Source of the DNA: a virus
Strand: one strand, 5' to 3'
Length of the DNA stretch: 42,398 nt
IMG/VR virus record: IMGVR_UViG_3300050500_000090
Shown: in pieces, positions 1 through 7,851 of the stretch
Layout of the letters: each line of letters opens with the position of its first letter
How positions within the stretch are numbered: the first letter of the stretch is position 1
The notes under the pieces: model-generated
Told to the model about the DNA's origin: nothing
The model's input: only the letters and a program-made list of their open reading frames with translations
Databases searched by the model: none
Program-made: the position numbers and the translations under genes

Positions 1-127
1 ACAAGAAGACGATGGAGATCTTTCACAAGATCGGCGCGGGCATGTCCGAAGCCTCGTTCCATCAGGACGGCAAGCCGGGGCAGCATGGCGACGGTAAGAA
101 CGTCGATACGCTGCAAGCCGAGATGCA
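1..127. repeat. Exact 127-bp terminal overlap, copy 1 (identical to 42272..42398)
   Basis: nt 1-127 (acaagaagacgatggagatc...ctgcaagccgagatgca) recur verbatim as the last 127 nt of the window. The repeat lies inside an ORF that continues in-frame across the junction, so the unique length is 42271 bp. Confidence 0.95.
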
Positions 128-314
128 CGCCAAGCTTCGCGATCCTGACTTCAAGGCTCGCTACAATCACCATGATCCGCGTGTTCGCGCTCCTGCAATC
201 GAAGAGATCGAGAAGATGCAGAAGCGTATCGCGGATCTCCAGGAAGCAGCTCCGCCGTTCGATCCTACCAAGCGGGGAACGAGCGTCAGCGAAGCGAAGT
301 TCGGAAGGCGCTAG
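1..314 (+). CDS. Capsid scaffolding-like protein, C-terminal portion (continuation of 41677..42398 across the circular junction; full product 302 aa)
   Basis: Track ORF 12..314 is in frame with the stop-less ORF starting at ATG 41677 once the overlap is collapsed (position 12 = 42283; 42283-41677 = 606 = 3 x 202). The product is a charged, helical, Ala/Glu/Lys-rich protein placed between portal and capsid genes, as in T7-like head modules. Stop TAG at 312-314. Confidence 0.7.
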   Translation, partial: KKTMEIFHKIGAGMSEASFHQDGKPGQHGDGKNVDTLQAEMHAKLRDPDFKARYNHHDPRVRAPAIEEIEKMQKRIADLQEAAPPFDPTKRGTSVSEAKFGRR

Positions 315-317
315 CCG

Positions 318-488
318 ATGGACGCGACACAAAGGGCAGCACTGCGACTTGAGTGTTTGAAGCTCGCGGTGCAGATGGAGGGTCGCAACGGCCCTACAAA
401 CGTGTTGATCGGCGCGGAAACACTATTCGCGTGGGTTACGACACAACAGGAGCCTGCGAAGGCTCCGGAGAAGGCGGCGAAGAAATGA
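318..488 (+). CDS. Hypothetical 56-aa protein (below ORF-track cutoff)
   Basis: ATG 318 lies 3 nt after the scaffold stop. Stop TGA 486-488 overlaps ATG 485 of the next gene (ATGA coupling). Translation: MDATQRAALRLECLKLAVQMEGRNGPTNVLIGAETLFAWVTTQQEPAKAPEKAAKK. Confidence 0.5.
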   Translation: MDATQRAALRLECLKLAVQMEGRNGPTNVLIGAETLFAWVTTQQEPAKAPEKAAKK

Positions 489-814
489 CGCTGATCATTG
501 GCAATGCGGAAGACGAAGCCACGAAAATACTTATTCGCGGGATTATCCATAGCGTTGGTCCCTTCTACTTCGAACGCGTCGTCAACACTGCAAAGCGCGA
601 GATGGCGAAGAGCGGCGTCTTTAATTGGAAGCCGTCTATCGACAATATGCTCTTCGAAGTCAGTGCGGCTCCGGAGCCCTGGGTCGGACAGTTCGCGTTT
701 CGTCTTCGCTGCACGCATCTCATGGAAGACAACAGCGTTCAGATTTGCGAGTTCTGGCTTCCTGAAAGCCAGCTCGCTTTGGCGAAGGCTGACAAGCTCA
801 CGGATCTCCACTGA
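485..814 (+). CDS. Hypothetical protein, 109 aa
   Basis: Internal ATG of track ORF 353..814 (MTLIIGNAEDEATK...). It is preceded by a purine-rich GGAGAAGGCGGCGAAGAA stretch and ATGA-coupled to 318..488. The upstream 44 codons of the track ORF are Gly/Arg-rich and overlap the micro-ORF. Confidence 0.6.
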   Translation: MTLIIGNAEDEATKILIRGIIHSVGPFYFERVVNTAKREMAKSGVFNWKPSIDNMLFEVSAAPEPWVGQFAFRLRCTHLMEDNSVQICEFWLPESQLALAKADKLTDLH

Positions 815-815
815 T

Positions 816-1181
816 ATGGCGAACTTCGAAGAACCCAAGTTCAGCGGCGCTATGCGTCCGGAACCCGTGCTCTATTCCGATGTGAAGAGCACGAAGGATG
901 CGAAGCAGATCCGCGCCATTCTCGGCGATACGCTCTACGACGAGCTGTTCACCGAAGGATGCAACGCTCTGCTGCGCAATCCAGGCGTTAAGATCGGTTC
1001 GGGACAAGTCATCTTCTGGCCTGTCCTGATCTTCAACACGCTGGAGCGGCCGATCTATCGGCTTTACGATACGTTGGATGCTCCGGTTGACGGGCCAGAA
1101 CCTATCCACTGGCAGAAGAAGCTTCCGGAAGACGGAGGAGAGCTATTTCGCAGGGCTCAGAAAATCTGCGACTGGAGATAG
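816..1181 (+). CDS. Hypothetical protein, 121 aa
   Basis: Internal ATG of track ORF 498..1181 (MANFEEPKFSG...), 1 nt after the TGA of the previous gene. The N-terminal 106 codons of the track ORF are Ser/Arg-rich low complexity overlapping 485..814. Confidence 0.65.
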   Translation: MANFEEPKFSGAMRPEPVLYSDVKSTKDAKQIRAILGDTLYDELFTEGCNALLRNPGVKIGSGQVIFWPVLIFNTLERPIYRLYDTLDAPVDGPEPIHWQKKLPEDGGELFRRAQKICDWR

Positions 1182-1184
1182 ACT

Positions 1185-1469
1185 ATGACTTTGAGTATCA
1201 GCGGACCAATGCCGCACGCGAGCGGACACATTGAGCTTACGACCGAAGCGACCGAAAGGGCTCGTATCGGTTTTAATCCCTCTGGAGACGACCGCGTCGC
1301 GCGCCTGAAGACGCTGGCCGCCGCATTCTACAGCGAGTGCGAGCGGATTATCGAAGACGCTGGCGGACCCGGCTCCAGGGGCGTCGCCCAGCGCGAGGCA
1401 GCAACAGCCATGACGCAAATGCAGATGGCTGCAATGTTCGCGGTCTCCGCCGCTACGGCAGGCAAATAA
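1185..1469 (+). CDS. Small (94 aa) protein with a GFNPSG...LK...A.T..Q.A.MFAV.A signature; candidate Acb2/Tad1-like cyclic-nucleotide sponge (tentative)
   Basis: GGAG lies 7 nt upstream of the ATG. The sequence ...ERARIGFNPSGDDRVARLKTLAAAFYSECERI...REAATAMTQMQMAAMFAVSAAT matches, from memory, a widespread small phage family. The function call is unverified. Confidence 0.6.
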   Translation: MTLSISGPMPHASGHIELTTEATERARIGFNPSGDDRVARLKTLAAAFYSECERIIEDAGGPGSRGVAQREAATAMTQMQMAAMFAVSAATAGK

Positions 1470-1503
1470 CCGGCTTGACGGCGGAGCAGCACGCTGTCTT
1501 TAT

Positions 1504-1535
1504 AGGGCTTCGAGGGGACAACTCTTCGGAGCCCT
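1504..1535 (+). other. Long imperfect hairpin in the 185-nt spacer upstream of the capsid gene
   Basis: agggcttcga/tcggagccct pair (10 bp with one G.U). This extends through gggg/ctct with wobbles around an acaa loop, followed by TTTCTGCTTCTC. A TTGACG-N18-TTTATA promoter-like pair sits at 1475..1504. Confidence 0.4.
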
Positions 1536-1654
1536 TTCTGCTTCTCGGCAAGCGAGACGCCAGCCCGCTGTAGGGCTAGAATTCGGGCCTGCGTCCAGCA
1601 GACAACCCTATTCGCCAAACAATACCCTTGGATCTCGAATAGAGGATTTCCCGA

Positions 1655-2569
1655 ATGTCTTCGTACATTCCCGTTCACTTTGTGAACACTTACAGCACCA
1701 ACGTTCAGTTGCTGCTGCAAGAGAAAGGCGGGAAGCTGGCCGAATGCGTCATGATCGGAACGCACGTCGGCGACATGGCTTCCCCCGTTGATCAGATTGG
1801 CGCTGTGAAGGCTCAGCGCGTCACGACACGCCACGCCGATACGCCGCTGATCAACACGCCATCGGCTCGCCGCTGGGTGCAGCCCAGTGACTGGGACTGG
1901 GGCGATCTGATCGACAAGGCCGATAAGCTGCGCATGCTGATCGACCCACAGTCTGCCTATACGCAGAACGGCGTCATGGCTCTGCGCCGCGCTCAGGACG
2001 ACGAAATCCTGGCTGCTTTCTATGCGACTGCAAAGGTCGGACAGAACGGCGGCGACACGGAAGCTTTCAACACGACCACGAACTCCATCGGCGTCACTGT
2101 CGGCGCTTCCGGCAATACCGGCCTGAATGTCGCGAAGATCCGCGCCGCTCGGAAGAAGTTCATGGGCTGGCATGTCGATTTCGACAGCGAACAGCTCTAC
2201 ATCGCGGTTACTGCGGAAGAGCACGACGACCTCTTGGCGGAGACGCAGATCGTCAACCTGGACTACACCGAGCGTCCCGTTCTCACGGACGGTAAGATCA
2301 CCCGGTTCCTGGGCTTCAACTTCAAGCATATCGAATTCGGCGACGCCGCGTTCTATGAAGCCGCGCCCAGCATGGTTTCCGGGACGATCAACTACTGCCC
2401 GGCATGGGTGAAGTCCGGAGTGCATCTCGGTCTCTGGAACGATCTCATGGTTCGTGTCGCCGAGCGTCCCGACAAGCGGTTCTCCACGCAGGTTTACATC
2501 TGTGGAACCTACGGCGCGACCCGGCTGGAGCTGAAGAAGGTTCAGCGGATCGAGTGCGATACGGCGTAG
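1655..2569 (+). CDS. Major capsid protein (HK97-fold, T7 gp10-like arrangement)
   Basis: 304 aa with AGAGGA 9 nt upstream of the ATG. It is the first large ORF after the scaffold region, and its N-terminal pattern (VHFVNTYSTNVQLLLQEKGGKL...) resembles podovirus capsid proteins. A hairpin follows directly. Confidence 0.85.
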   Translation: MSSYIPVHFVNTYSTNVQLLLQEKGGKLAECVMIGTHVGDMASPVDQIGAVKAQRVTTRHADTPLINTPSARRWVQPSDWDWGDLIDKADKLRMLIDPQSAYTQNGVMALRRAQDDEILAAFYATAKVGQNGGDTEAFNTTTNSIGVTVGASGNTGLNVAKIRAARKKFMGWHVDFDSEQLYIAVTAEEHDDLLAETQIVNLDYTERPVLTDGKITRFLGFNFKHIEFGDAAFYEAAPSMVSGTINYCPAWVKSGVHLGLWNDLMVRVAERPDKRFSTQVYICGTYGATRLELKKVQRIECDTA

Positions 2570-2586
2570 TCCCCGCTTAGGGGACT
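2568..2586 (+). terminator. Hairpin overlapping the capsid gene stop (candidate partial terminator)
   Basis: AGTCCCC-gctta-GGGGACT (7-bp stem, 5-nt loop) followed by gcttctccc. Confidence 0.45.
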
Positions 2587-2622
2587 GCTTCTCCCGCTGG
2601 CTTCGACACAAAGGTACAGGTT

Positions 2623-3105
2623 ATGACGACACAGAACAGCACTCAGTACGCCGCGCAAGTCGCGGTTCCGCCTACGAAGACCGACGCCGCGCTGATGTAT
2701 GGCAAGGCTCGCGTCTATAAGATCAACTTCGCCCAGGCTGGCGTCGGCTCGGCGGGCTCCATTGCCCGGCTGATCAAGCTCCCGCCCGGCAAGGTCGCCG
2801 TCTATGGGTATCTGTCCTGGCTGCGCACGTCGGCGCTCGGCTCCGGCCGGACGCTGCATATCGGCTATTCGCAGTATCGTCTGAAGGACGGCACAATCCA
2901 GACGGCCGATAACGACGCCTTCAACGTCTCCCAGGCCGCCGCAACCGCTGCCGTGTTTCAGCTCGGCGCGGCGGAGGCGACGGCTCCAGGTGGAACGATC
3001 GTCTTCGAGAGCCTCGCTGGTGTCACCCTCATTGGGACGGTGAACGTCGGCACTATTCCGGATCTCGCCACCATTACCGGCGTTATCACGGTCGGCGTGG
3101 AGTAA
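2623..3105 (+). CDS. Hypothetical virion-module protein, 160 aa (possible capsid accessory/decoration protein)
   Basis: Lies immediately downstream of the capsid gene. The sequence is Gly/Ala/Thr/Val-rich and beta-rich in appearance. No motif recognised. Confidence 0.65.
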   Translation: MTTQNSTQYAAQVAVPPTKTDAALMYGKARVYKINFAQAGVGSAGSIARLIKLPPGKVAVYGYLSWLRTSALGSGRTLHIGYSQYRLKDGTIQTADNDAFNVSQAAATAAVFQLGAAEATAPGGTIVFESLAGVTLIGTVNVGTIPDLATITGVITVGVE

Positions 3106-3111
3106 GACGAC

Positions 3112-3711
3112 ATGGAACAGGAGCGGCCATTGCTGATCTGTGGCTCTGGCCGCTCGCTGTTCTACGACTTGCAGACCGTCTGTGCTCGGCTCGCCGCTGC
3201 CTCCCCTGCGACGCTGCACGAGAGCGCGGACATCATGGCTGTGAACGACGCCTATCTGGCTCTCGATACCGTTCATCACCTCGTCAGCTACCACGACGAA
3301 ATTATATGGCCGCTGCTGATGCTCAAAGGTCCGCGTCTGGCCTGGAACGGTGAATACCGGGTGGAGACAGAGCCGCGCGTGACGTGCCACTCTCAGCGCG
3401 AATGCAAGGGCGTGGATAGGGTTTGGATCTTCGACGATGGCGGAGGCAGCTCCTCTTTCTTCGGCGTCCAGATCGGCTTGGAACTGGGCTATAGACGCAT
3501 CGTCCTGGCTGGCGTACCTTTCGACGCAAGTGGGCGCTTCTACTTCCCGCCCTGGAAGAACGGTCACGACTACGCCGGAACGGACGACTGGGAGCTGTGG
3601 GAGCGCTGGAAGGCAGAAGGCAAGCTCGAAAATGTTCGCTCTGTATCGGGACGGACGCGCGAGCTGTTAGGCGAACCAGATTGGAGCTGGCTAAATGGCA
3701 GTGACACGTAG
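3112..3711 (+). CDS. Rossmann-like enzyme resembling the DUF115 / MptE-like (Maf / sialyltransferase-type) family
   Basis: 199 aa. N-terminal LLICGSGRSL...ADIMAVNDAYL and central DDGGGSSSFFGVQIGLELGYRRIVLAGVPFD match the G-x-G-P/R-S ... GGS..A..lA..LG...I.L.G.D layout of that family. GGAG lies 9 nt upstream of the ATG. Confidence 0.55.
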   Translation: MEQERPLLICGSGRSLFYDLQTVCARLAAASPATLHESADIMAVNDAYLALDTVHHLVSYHDEIIWPLLMLKGPRLAWNGEYRVETEPRVTCHSQRECKGVDRVWIFDDGGGSSSFFGVQIGLELGYRRIVLAGVPFDASGRFYFPPWKNGHDYAGTDDWELWERWKAEGKLENVRSVSGRTRELLGEPDWSWLNGSDT

Positions 3712-3940
3712 ATTTTTCGGCTTGAACTATGCGGCCGAGCGCGGAACGATTACCCATGCGGCGTCTACCACGTCGAAGGATATCGAGATCGTTATCAACC
3801 AGGGCAACGCGGCAGGGACGTCTACCGAGATCGCGGCGAACGCGGTCTATAAGAACAAAGACGTCGTGATCGGCCAGCTCTACGAGCTGATCGAAGAGCT
3901 GAAGACCGGCAAAATTCCCTGGCCGCAAGCCCTGGTCTAA
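3695..3940 (+). CDS. Hypothetical protein, 81 aa
   Basis: GGAG lies 8 nt upstream of the ATG. It overlaps the end of 3112..3711 by 17 nt. The composition looks non-repetitive and protein-like. Confidence 0.55.
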   Translation: MAVTRRFFGLNYAAERGTITHAASTTSKDIEIVINQGNAAGTSTEIAANAVYKNKDVVIGQLYELIEELKTGKIPWPQALV

Positions 3941-3950
3941 GACTTCAACA

Positions 3951-3962
3951 GCGTTTGAACGG
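3951..3962 (+). repeat. GCGTTTGAACGG dispersed 12-mer, exact copy 1
   Basis: Read directly from the sequence. Intergenic, ending 8 nt before ATG 3971. Confidence 0.95.
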
Positions 3963-3970
3963 GGCATGAG

Positions 3971-4585
3971 ATGGCTACGCAGATCGAAATCGCCAACAAC
4001 GCGCTGACGCTCTGCGGAGCCGCCCGCATCATGGGACTGACGGACGCCCAGAAGCCAGCCCAGGCGATCAATGCTGTCTACGAGGTGACGCGGAAGAAGG
4101 CGCTCGCGTCGCAAAACTGGAAGTTCGCCCTGCGTCGTTTCAAGCCTGCCGTGACCACAGCGCCGCTGTTCGGCTGGACTTACGCCTATGTCATCCCGAC
4201 GACGATCCTCCGCCTTGTCGAGATCCGCGACCGCTTCGTAGGCTATGGCTCCCTTGGCCCCAGCGTCAGCGACGGCACGCCCCAGGAATTCGAGGTCGAA
4301 GAAGACAACCTGATCGTTACGAACTACGAACCGCCGCTGAATTGTCGCGGCGTCGCCGATATCACAGCCGTTGATAGGTTCGATCCGCTCTTCGTCGATT
4401 ACTTCACGCATGAACTTGCGCTGGCCGTCTGGGAAGACGTGTCTCGGAAGAACGCCACGAAGAAAGACATGATCGAGAGAGCGCGAGATCGCTCCTTAAA
4501 GATCGCTCGAAACAGGAACGGCATTGTAGAGCCGCCTGAAGAACTCCCTGACGATAACTGGCTGCTAGCTCGCATAGGTCCATAA
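3971..4585 (+). CDS. Tail tubular protein A / head-tail adaptor (T7 gp11-like)
   Basis: 204 aa. The N-terminal IEIANNALTLCGAARI...W.FA pattern and the position directly before the nozzle gene support the call. TAATG stop-start overlap with the next gene. Confidence 0.75.
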   Translation: MATQIEIANNALTLCGAARIMGLTDAQKPAQAINAVYEVTRKKALASQNWKFALRRFKPAVTTAPLFGWTYAYVIPTTILRLVEIRDRFVGYGSLGPSVSDGTPQEFEVEEDNLIVTNYEPPLNCRGVADITAVDRFDPLFVDYFTHELALAVWEDVSRKNATKKDMIERARDRSLKIARNRNGIVEPPEELPDDNWLLARIGP

Positions 4586-7500
4586 TGGGTGAAATCAGCC
4601 TCTGGCAAGCTTCGTTCAATGGTGGTGAACAGACGCCATTGCTCGAAGGCCGCGAAGACACGCAAAAATATCAGACAGGCTGTCGCCGTCTCCGGAACTT
4701 CCACGGCATCATTCAAGGCCCCGCTCGGAGACGAACAGGGACGCGTCGCGTTGCCAATACGAAGAGCAACGGCGAAGCGTGGCTTATCCCGTTTATCAAG
4801 TCGCGGCAGGACAAATACGTCATTGAGCTGGGCAACAATTACGCTCGGTTCTACAAAAATCGCGGCCAGCTCCTGAACACTTCGACAGGCGGAGGGCTTG
4901 ACGACAGCTTTACCAAAGCGCTGCTGCATATGGACGGCGCGGACGGCGCAGCTTTCTTCGGTGATGAAAGCGGCAAAGCCTGGACGCGTCAGGGAAATGC
5001 ACAGATCGACACAGCTCAGAGCAAGTTCGGCGGCGCTTCTGGTCTCTTCGACGGTACGGGAGACTGGCTGACGACGCCTGACCATGCCGATTTCAACTTA
5101 GGAACGCAGAACTTCACTGTCGATCTCTGGTTTAACTGCACGAAAGCAGGCGGGACAGACGCCGATCTCGGCGGGCAGACGGACGGCATTGGCACGCCCT
5201 GGGCTAACACGTCGTTCTTTATCGACCGTAGCTCAGGCAATATCATGCGTTTCTTCGTCTCTGACGGAACGAACCTGACGGCAATCCAGGGAACGACGCA
5301 GTTCACGAACCTGATTAACCCTGGCTGGCATCACTTCGCGGCAGTTCGGCAAGGCAACACGCTGCGTCTGTTTATCGACGGTATACAGGAAGCGTCAGGG
5401 AGCTTCACTGGGACTATTCCGAATTCAACCGCGTTGCCGACCATTGGCGTTCGTGCGTCAACTGGCGGTTCGCCCTGGATCGGGTGGATTGACGAATGGC
5501 GCATGTCTGTCGGCGTCGCGCGCTGGACGACGAACTTCGTCCCTCCGAGCGGTCCTTACGGCAATGCGCCTTATGAGATCGCCACGCCCTGGACGTATGC
5601 CGACCTAACGGACGCTGACGGCACGTTCAAGTTTCGTCTCGTGCAGAACCAAGATGTTATCTACATCTGTGGCGGAACCGGGATTAAGCAGCTCAACAGA
5701 ATAAGCGATCTGAATTGGACAATAACAGACTTCGACAGCGTCGGCGGACCCTTCGACGCTACAAACAGCAGCGCTACGACCGTTTATGCTTCCGCTGCTA
5801 CGGGCTCGGTAACGTTAACGGCGTCAACGTCTATTTTTACGAGTGGTCACGTGGGTTCGCTTATGCTTTTGCGACCACAAGACCTCTCTGCGGTCCCGCC
5901 CTGGGAAGTCCATCAACATGTGGCAACCGATGTGTTGCGGCAGAACGATGGAAAGACCTACAAATGCACGACGGCAGGCGTTACGGACGCGACAGGACAG
6001 CGGATCACGGGAACGAAGTCGCCAATTCACGAGGAAGGAACAGAGAAGGACGGTGACGGCGACGCGGCAGACCCGAAGGCGACAGACGGCTCCGTCGTCC
6101 CGACAGGGATCGACTGGCAGTTCCAAGATCCGGGCTACGGCGTGCTGAAGATCACGGCGGTAGCCAGCGGGACGTCGGCGACGGCGACCGTACAGCCGTG
6201 GCGCATAGGGGCGAACGCGCAGCTTCCTGCTGAAGTGGTCAGCTCTGGAAACCCGACAACCCGTTGGGCTTTCGGCCTGTTCTCTAACGCCAATGGCTGG
6301 CCCAAGGCCGTGACGTTCTTCCGGGAGCGCCTGGTTTTCGGCATGCCGCGCCAGCTCGCCTTCAGCGTTCCCCAGGGCTTCACGGAGTTCCTACAGGAGA
6401 CAGCCGGGCAAGTGCTCCCTGATAACGGCTTCGTCGCGGATATCAGTTCGGATCGAGATGAAGAGCTGCGCTGGCTGCTGCCGAACGGCGCTGTGCTGCA
6501 TGTCGGCACGACGGGCGGAGAGCTGGCTTGCCTGGAGCAGAACCCGAACAACGCCTTCGGCCCCTTGAACCGCAAGATCGACCCGCAGACGGGCTTTGGC
6601 TCGAATGGCGTCGCGCCCCTTCGCGTCGGCGATACGCCCCTCTTCGTCGAAGCGTCGGGCCTACGCGTGCGAAAGATCGCGGCAGGCGACAGCGGCAGCT
6701 TTCAGGCGCTGTCGCAGAACGACCTCGCCGAGCACATCACCAAATCGACCGTCATCCAGACGACCTACGCAGCCCTGCCGGACAGCTTCTATTGGGGCCT
6801 GCGCGCTGACGGTCGGCTCGCCTGCCTGACGTTCTCACCAGAGCAGGAAGTCTTTGGGTGGTCGCTGCACTATGTCGGCGGCTACCGTGACAGCTCTCGC
6901 CTACAGCCTGCGAAGGTTCGCTCTATCACCAGCATTCCGAGCGAAGACGGCACGATTGACGACGTCTGGGCGGTCGTAGAGCGTCGGATCAATGGGCAGA
7001 CGGTTCGCTGGGTGGAGTTCTTTACGGAGCAGACCACGAAGCCGGATCGCTGGGAGTTCGAAGGCGCTGGCGCTTACGAAAGACGTGTTCACGACTATCA
7101 ATCCACGCTGTTCTTTCTCGACGGCGGGACCAACTACGACGACCCGAAGCCGATCTCGAATATTGCCGTGGTCGCTGGCGATGTGACCGTTACGACTTCG
7201 GTTCCACACAACTTCGCAAACGGGGACGACGTTCGTCTTGACGCGATTGTTGGTCCCTGGGAGCTGAATGCGCGCGTCTTCGAAGTCGAGAACGTCACGA
7301 CGTTTACGTTCGATCTTGTCGATTATGACGGAAGCGATCTCTCGGCTTATGTCATGGGTGGCAACGCTCGCGAAATGGTTACGGTCATTTCGAACCTCAG
7401 CCCTTGGGAAGGCGAAACGCTGCAAGTCCTCACTGATGGCGCGGTTCATCCGAACAGAACGGTTTCGGGTGGACAGATCACGCTTCAGTATCAGGCGGCG

Positions 7501-7851
7501 CGCGTCGGCGTCGGCTTTGGCTATAACAGCGTTCTGGAGACGCAGCGCCCAGCAGGCGGGAACAGCAAGGGCTCTGCGCAAGGTCAACTCGGCGCGATCA
7601 ACGAGCTTGTCGTTCGGCTCGAAAGCTCTATCGGAGGTAGCGTCGGTCCTGACGAAGACCATTTACAGGAGATCCTGTATCGTACGGCTTCGGACGAGAT
7701 GGACTTGCCTATCCCGCTGTTCTCTGGCGATAAAGAAATCCACTGGCCTGACGGCTTCTCGACAGATAGAACTGTCGTGTTTGTCCAGGACCAGCCGTTG
7801 CCTTCCATCGTTGTGGGCTTAGGCTCTGATATGGAAGTGAGTGAAAGTTGA
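4585..7851 (+). CDS. Tail tubular protein B / nozzle (T7 gp12-like) with inserted LamG/ConA-like lectin domain and E1 FCCH-like beta-barrel
   Basis: 1088 aa. N-terminus FNGGEQTPLLEGREDTQKYQTGCRRLRNF...GPARRRTGT. LamG-like block at about 4897..5565 (GDWLTTPDHADFNLGTQNFTVDLWF...WHHFAAVRQGNTLRLFIDG). FCCH-like block at about 7186..7380 (GDDVRLDAIVGPWELNARVFEV...YVMGGNA). Confidence 0.8.
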   Translation: MGEISLWQASFNGGEQTPLLEGREDTQKYQTGCRRLRNFHGIIQGPARRRTGTRRVANTKSNGEAWLIPFIKSRQDKYVIELGNNYARFYKNRGQLLNTSTGGGLDDSFTKALLHMDGADGAAFFGDESGKAWTRQGNAQIDTAQSKFGGASGLFDGTGDWLTTPDHADFNLGTQNFTVDLWFNCTKAGGTDADLGGQTDGIGTPWANTSFFIDRSSGNIMRFFVSDGTNLTAIQGTTQFTNLINPGWHHFAAVRQGNTLRLFIDGIQEASGSFTGTIPNSTALPTIGVRASTGGSPWIGWIDEWRMSVGVARWTTNFVPPSGPYGNAPYEIATPWTYADLTDADGTFKFRLVQNQDVIYICGGTGIKQLNRISDLNWTITDFDSVGGPFDATNSSATTVYASAATGSVTLTASTSIFTSGHVGSLMLLRPQDLSAVPPWEVHQHVATDVLRQNDGKTYKCTTAGVTDATGQRITGTKSPIHEEGTEKDGDGDAADPKATDGSVVPTGIDWQFQDPGYGVLKITAVASGTSATATVQPWRIGANAQLPAEVVSSGNPTTRWAFGLFSNANGWPKAVTFFRERLVFGMPRQLAFSVPQGFTEFLQETAGQVLPDNGFVADISSDRDEELRWLLPNGAVLHVGTTGGELACLEQNPNNAFGPLNRKIDPQTGFGSNGVAPLRVGDTPLFVEASGLRVRKIAAGDSGSFQALSQNDLAEHITKSTVIQTTYAALPDSFYWGLRADGRLACLTFSPEQEVFGWSLHYVGGYRDSSRLQPAKVRSITSIPSEDGTIDDVWAVVERRINGQTVRWVEFFTEQTTKPDRWEFEGAGAYERRVHDYQSTLFFLDGGTNYDDPKPISNIAVVAGDVTVTTSVPHNFANGDDVRLDAIVGPWELNARVFEVENVTTFTFDLVDYDGSDLSAYVMGGNAREMVTVISNLSPWEGETLQVLTDGAVHPNRTVSGGQITLQYQAARVGVGFGYNSVLETQRPAGGNSKGSAQGQLGAINELVVRLESSIGGSVGPDEDHLQEILYRTASDEMDLPIPLFSGDKEIHWPDGFSTDRTVVFVQDQPLPSIVVGLGSDMEVSES

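Noticed and set aside
1-127. The 127-bp repeat as a genuine T7-like direct terminal repeat.
   Set aside because: It sits inside a coding frame that reads through the junction, and it has no promoter or packaging features. An assembly overlap or circular permutation is the simpler explanation.
498-1181. Long versions of track ORFs (498..1181, 353..814, 8266..8781, 18823..20040, 20608..21333, 25522..25956, 30488..32938, 34430..35017, 38670..38894).
   Set aside because: Their N-terminal extensions overlap the preceding gene or intergenic DNA and are compositionally aberrant. Many begin with non-ATG codons. Internal starts with Shine-Dalgarno sequences and stop-start coupling give a tighter, non-overlapping gene map.
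1328-2611. 427-aa minus-strand ORF antisense to the major capsid gene. Similar long antisense ORFs occur at 2542..3567, 3323..4411, 4399..5085, 14200..14982, 27895..28992, 31898..32926 and 39586..40812.
   Set aside because: These are mirror-frame ORFs, expected in GC-rich DNA where stop codons are rare. Their translations are Arg/Ser/Pro/Gly-rich low complexity. They lack ribosome-binding sites at sensible starts, and each is fully overlapped by a strongly supported gene with recognisable motifs.
2560-2620. T7 gene-10-style -1 frameshift extension of the capsid protein.
   Set aside because: The -1 frame closes within a few codons of the capsid stop, and no slippery heptamer was seen.
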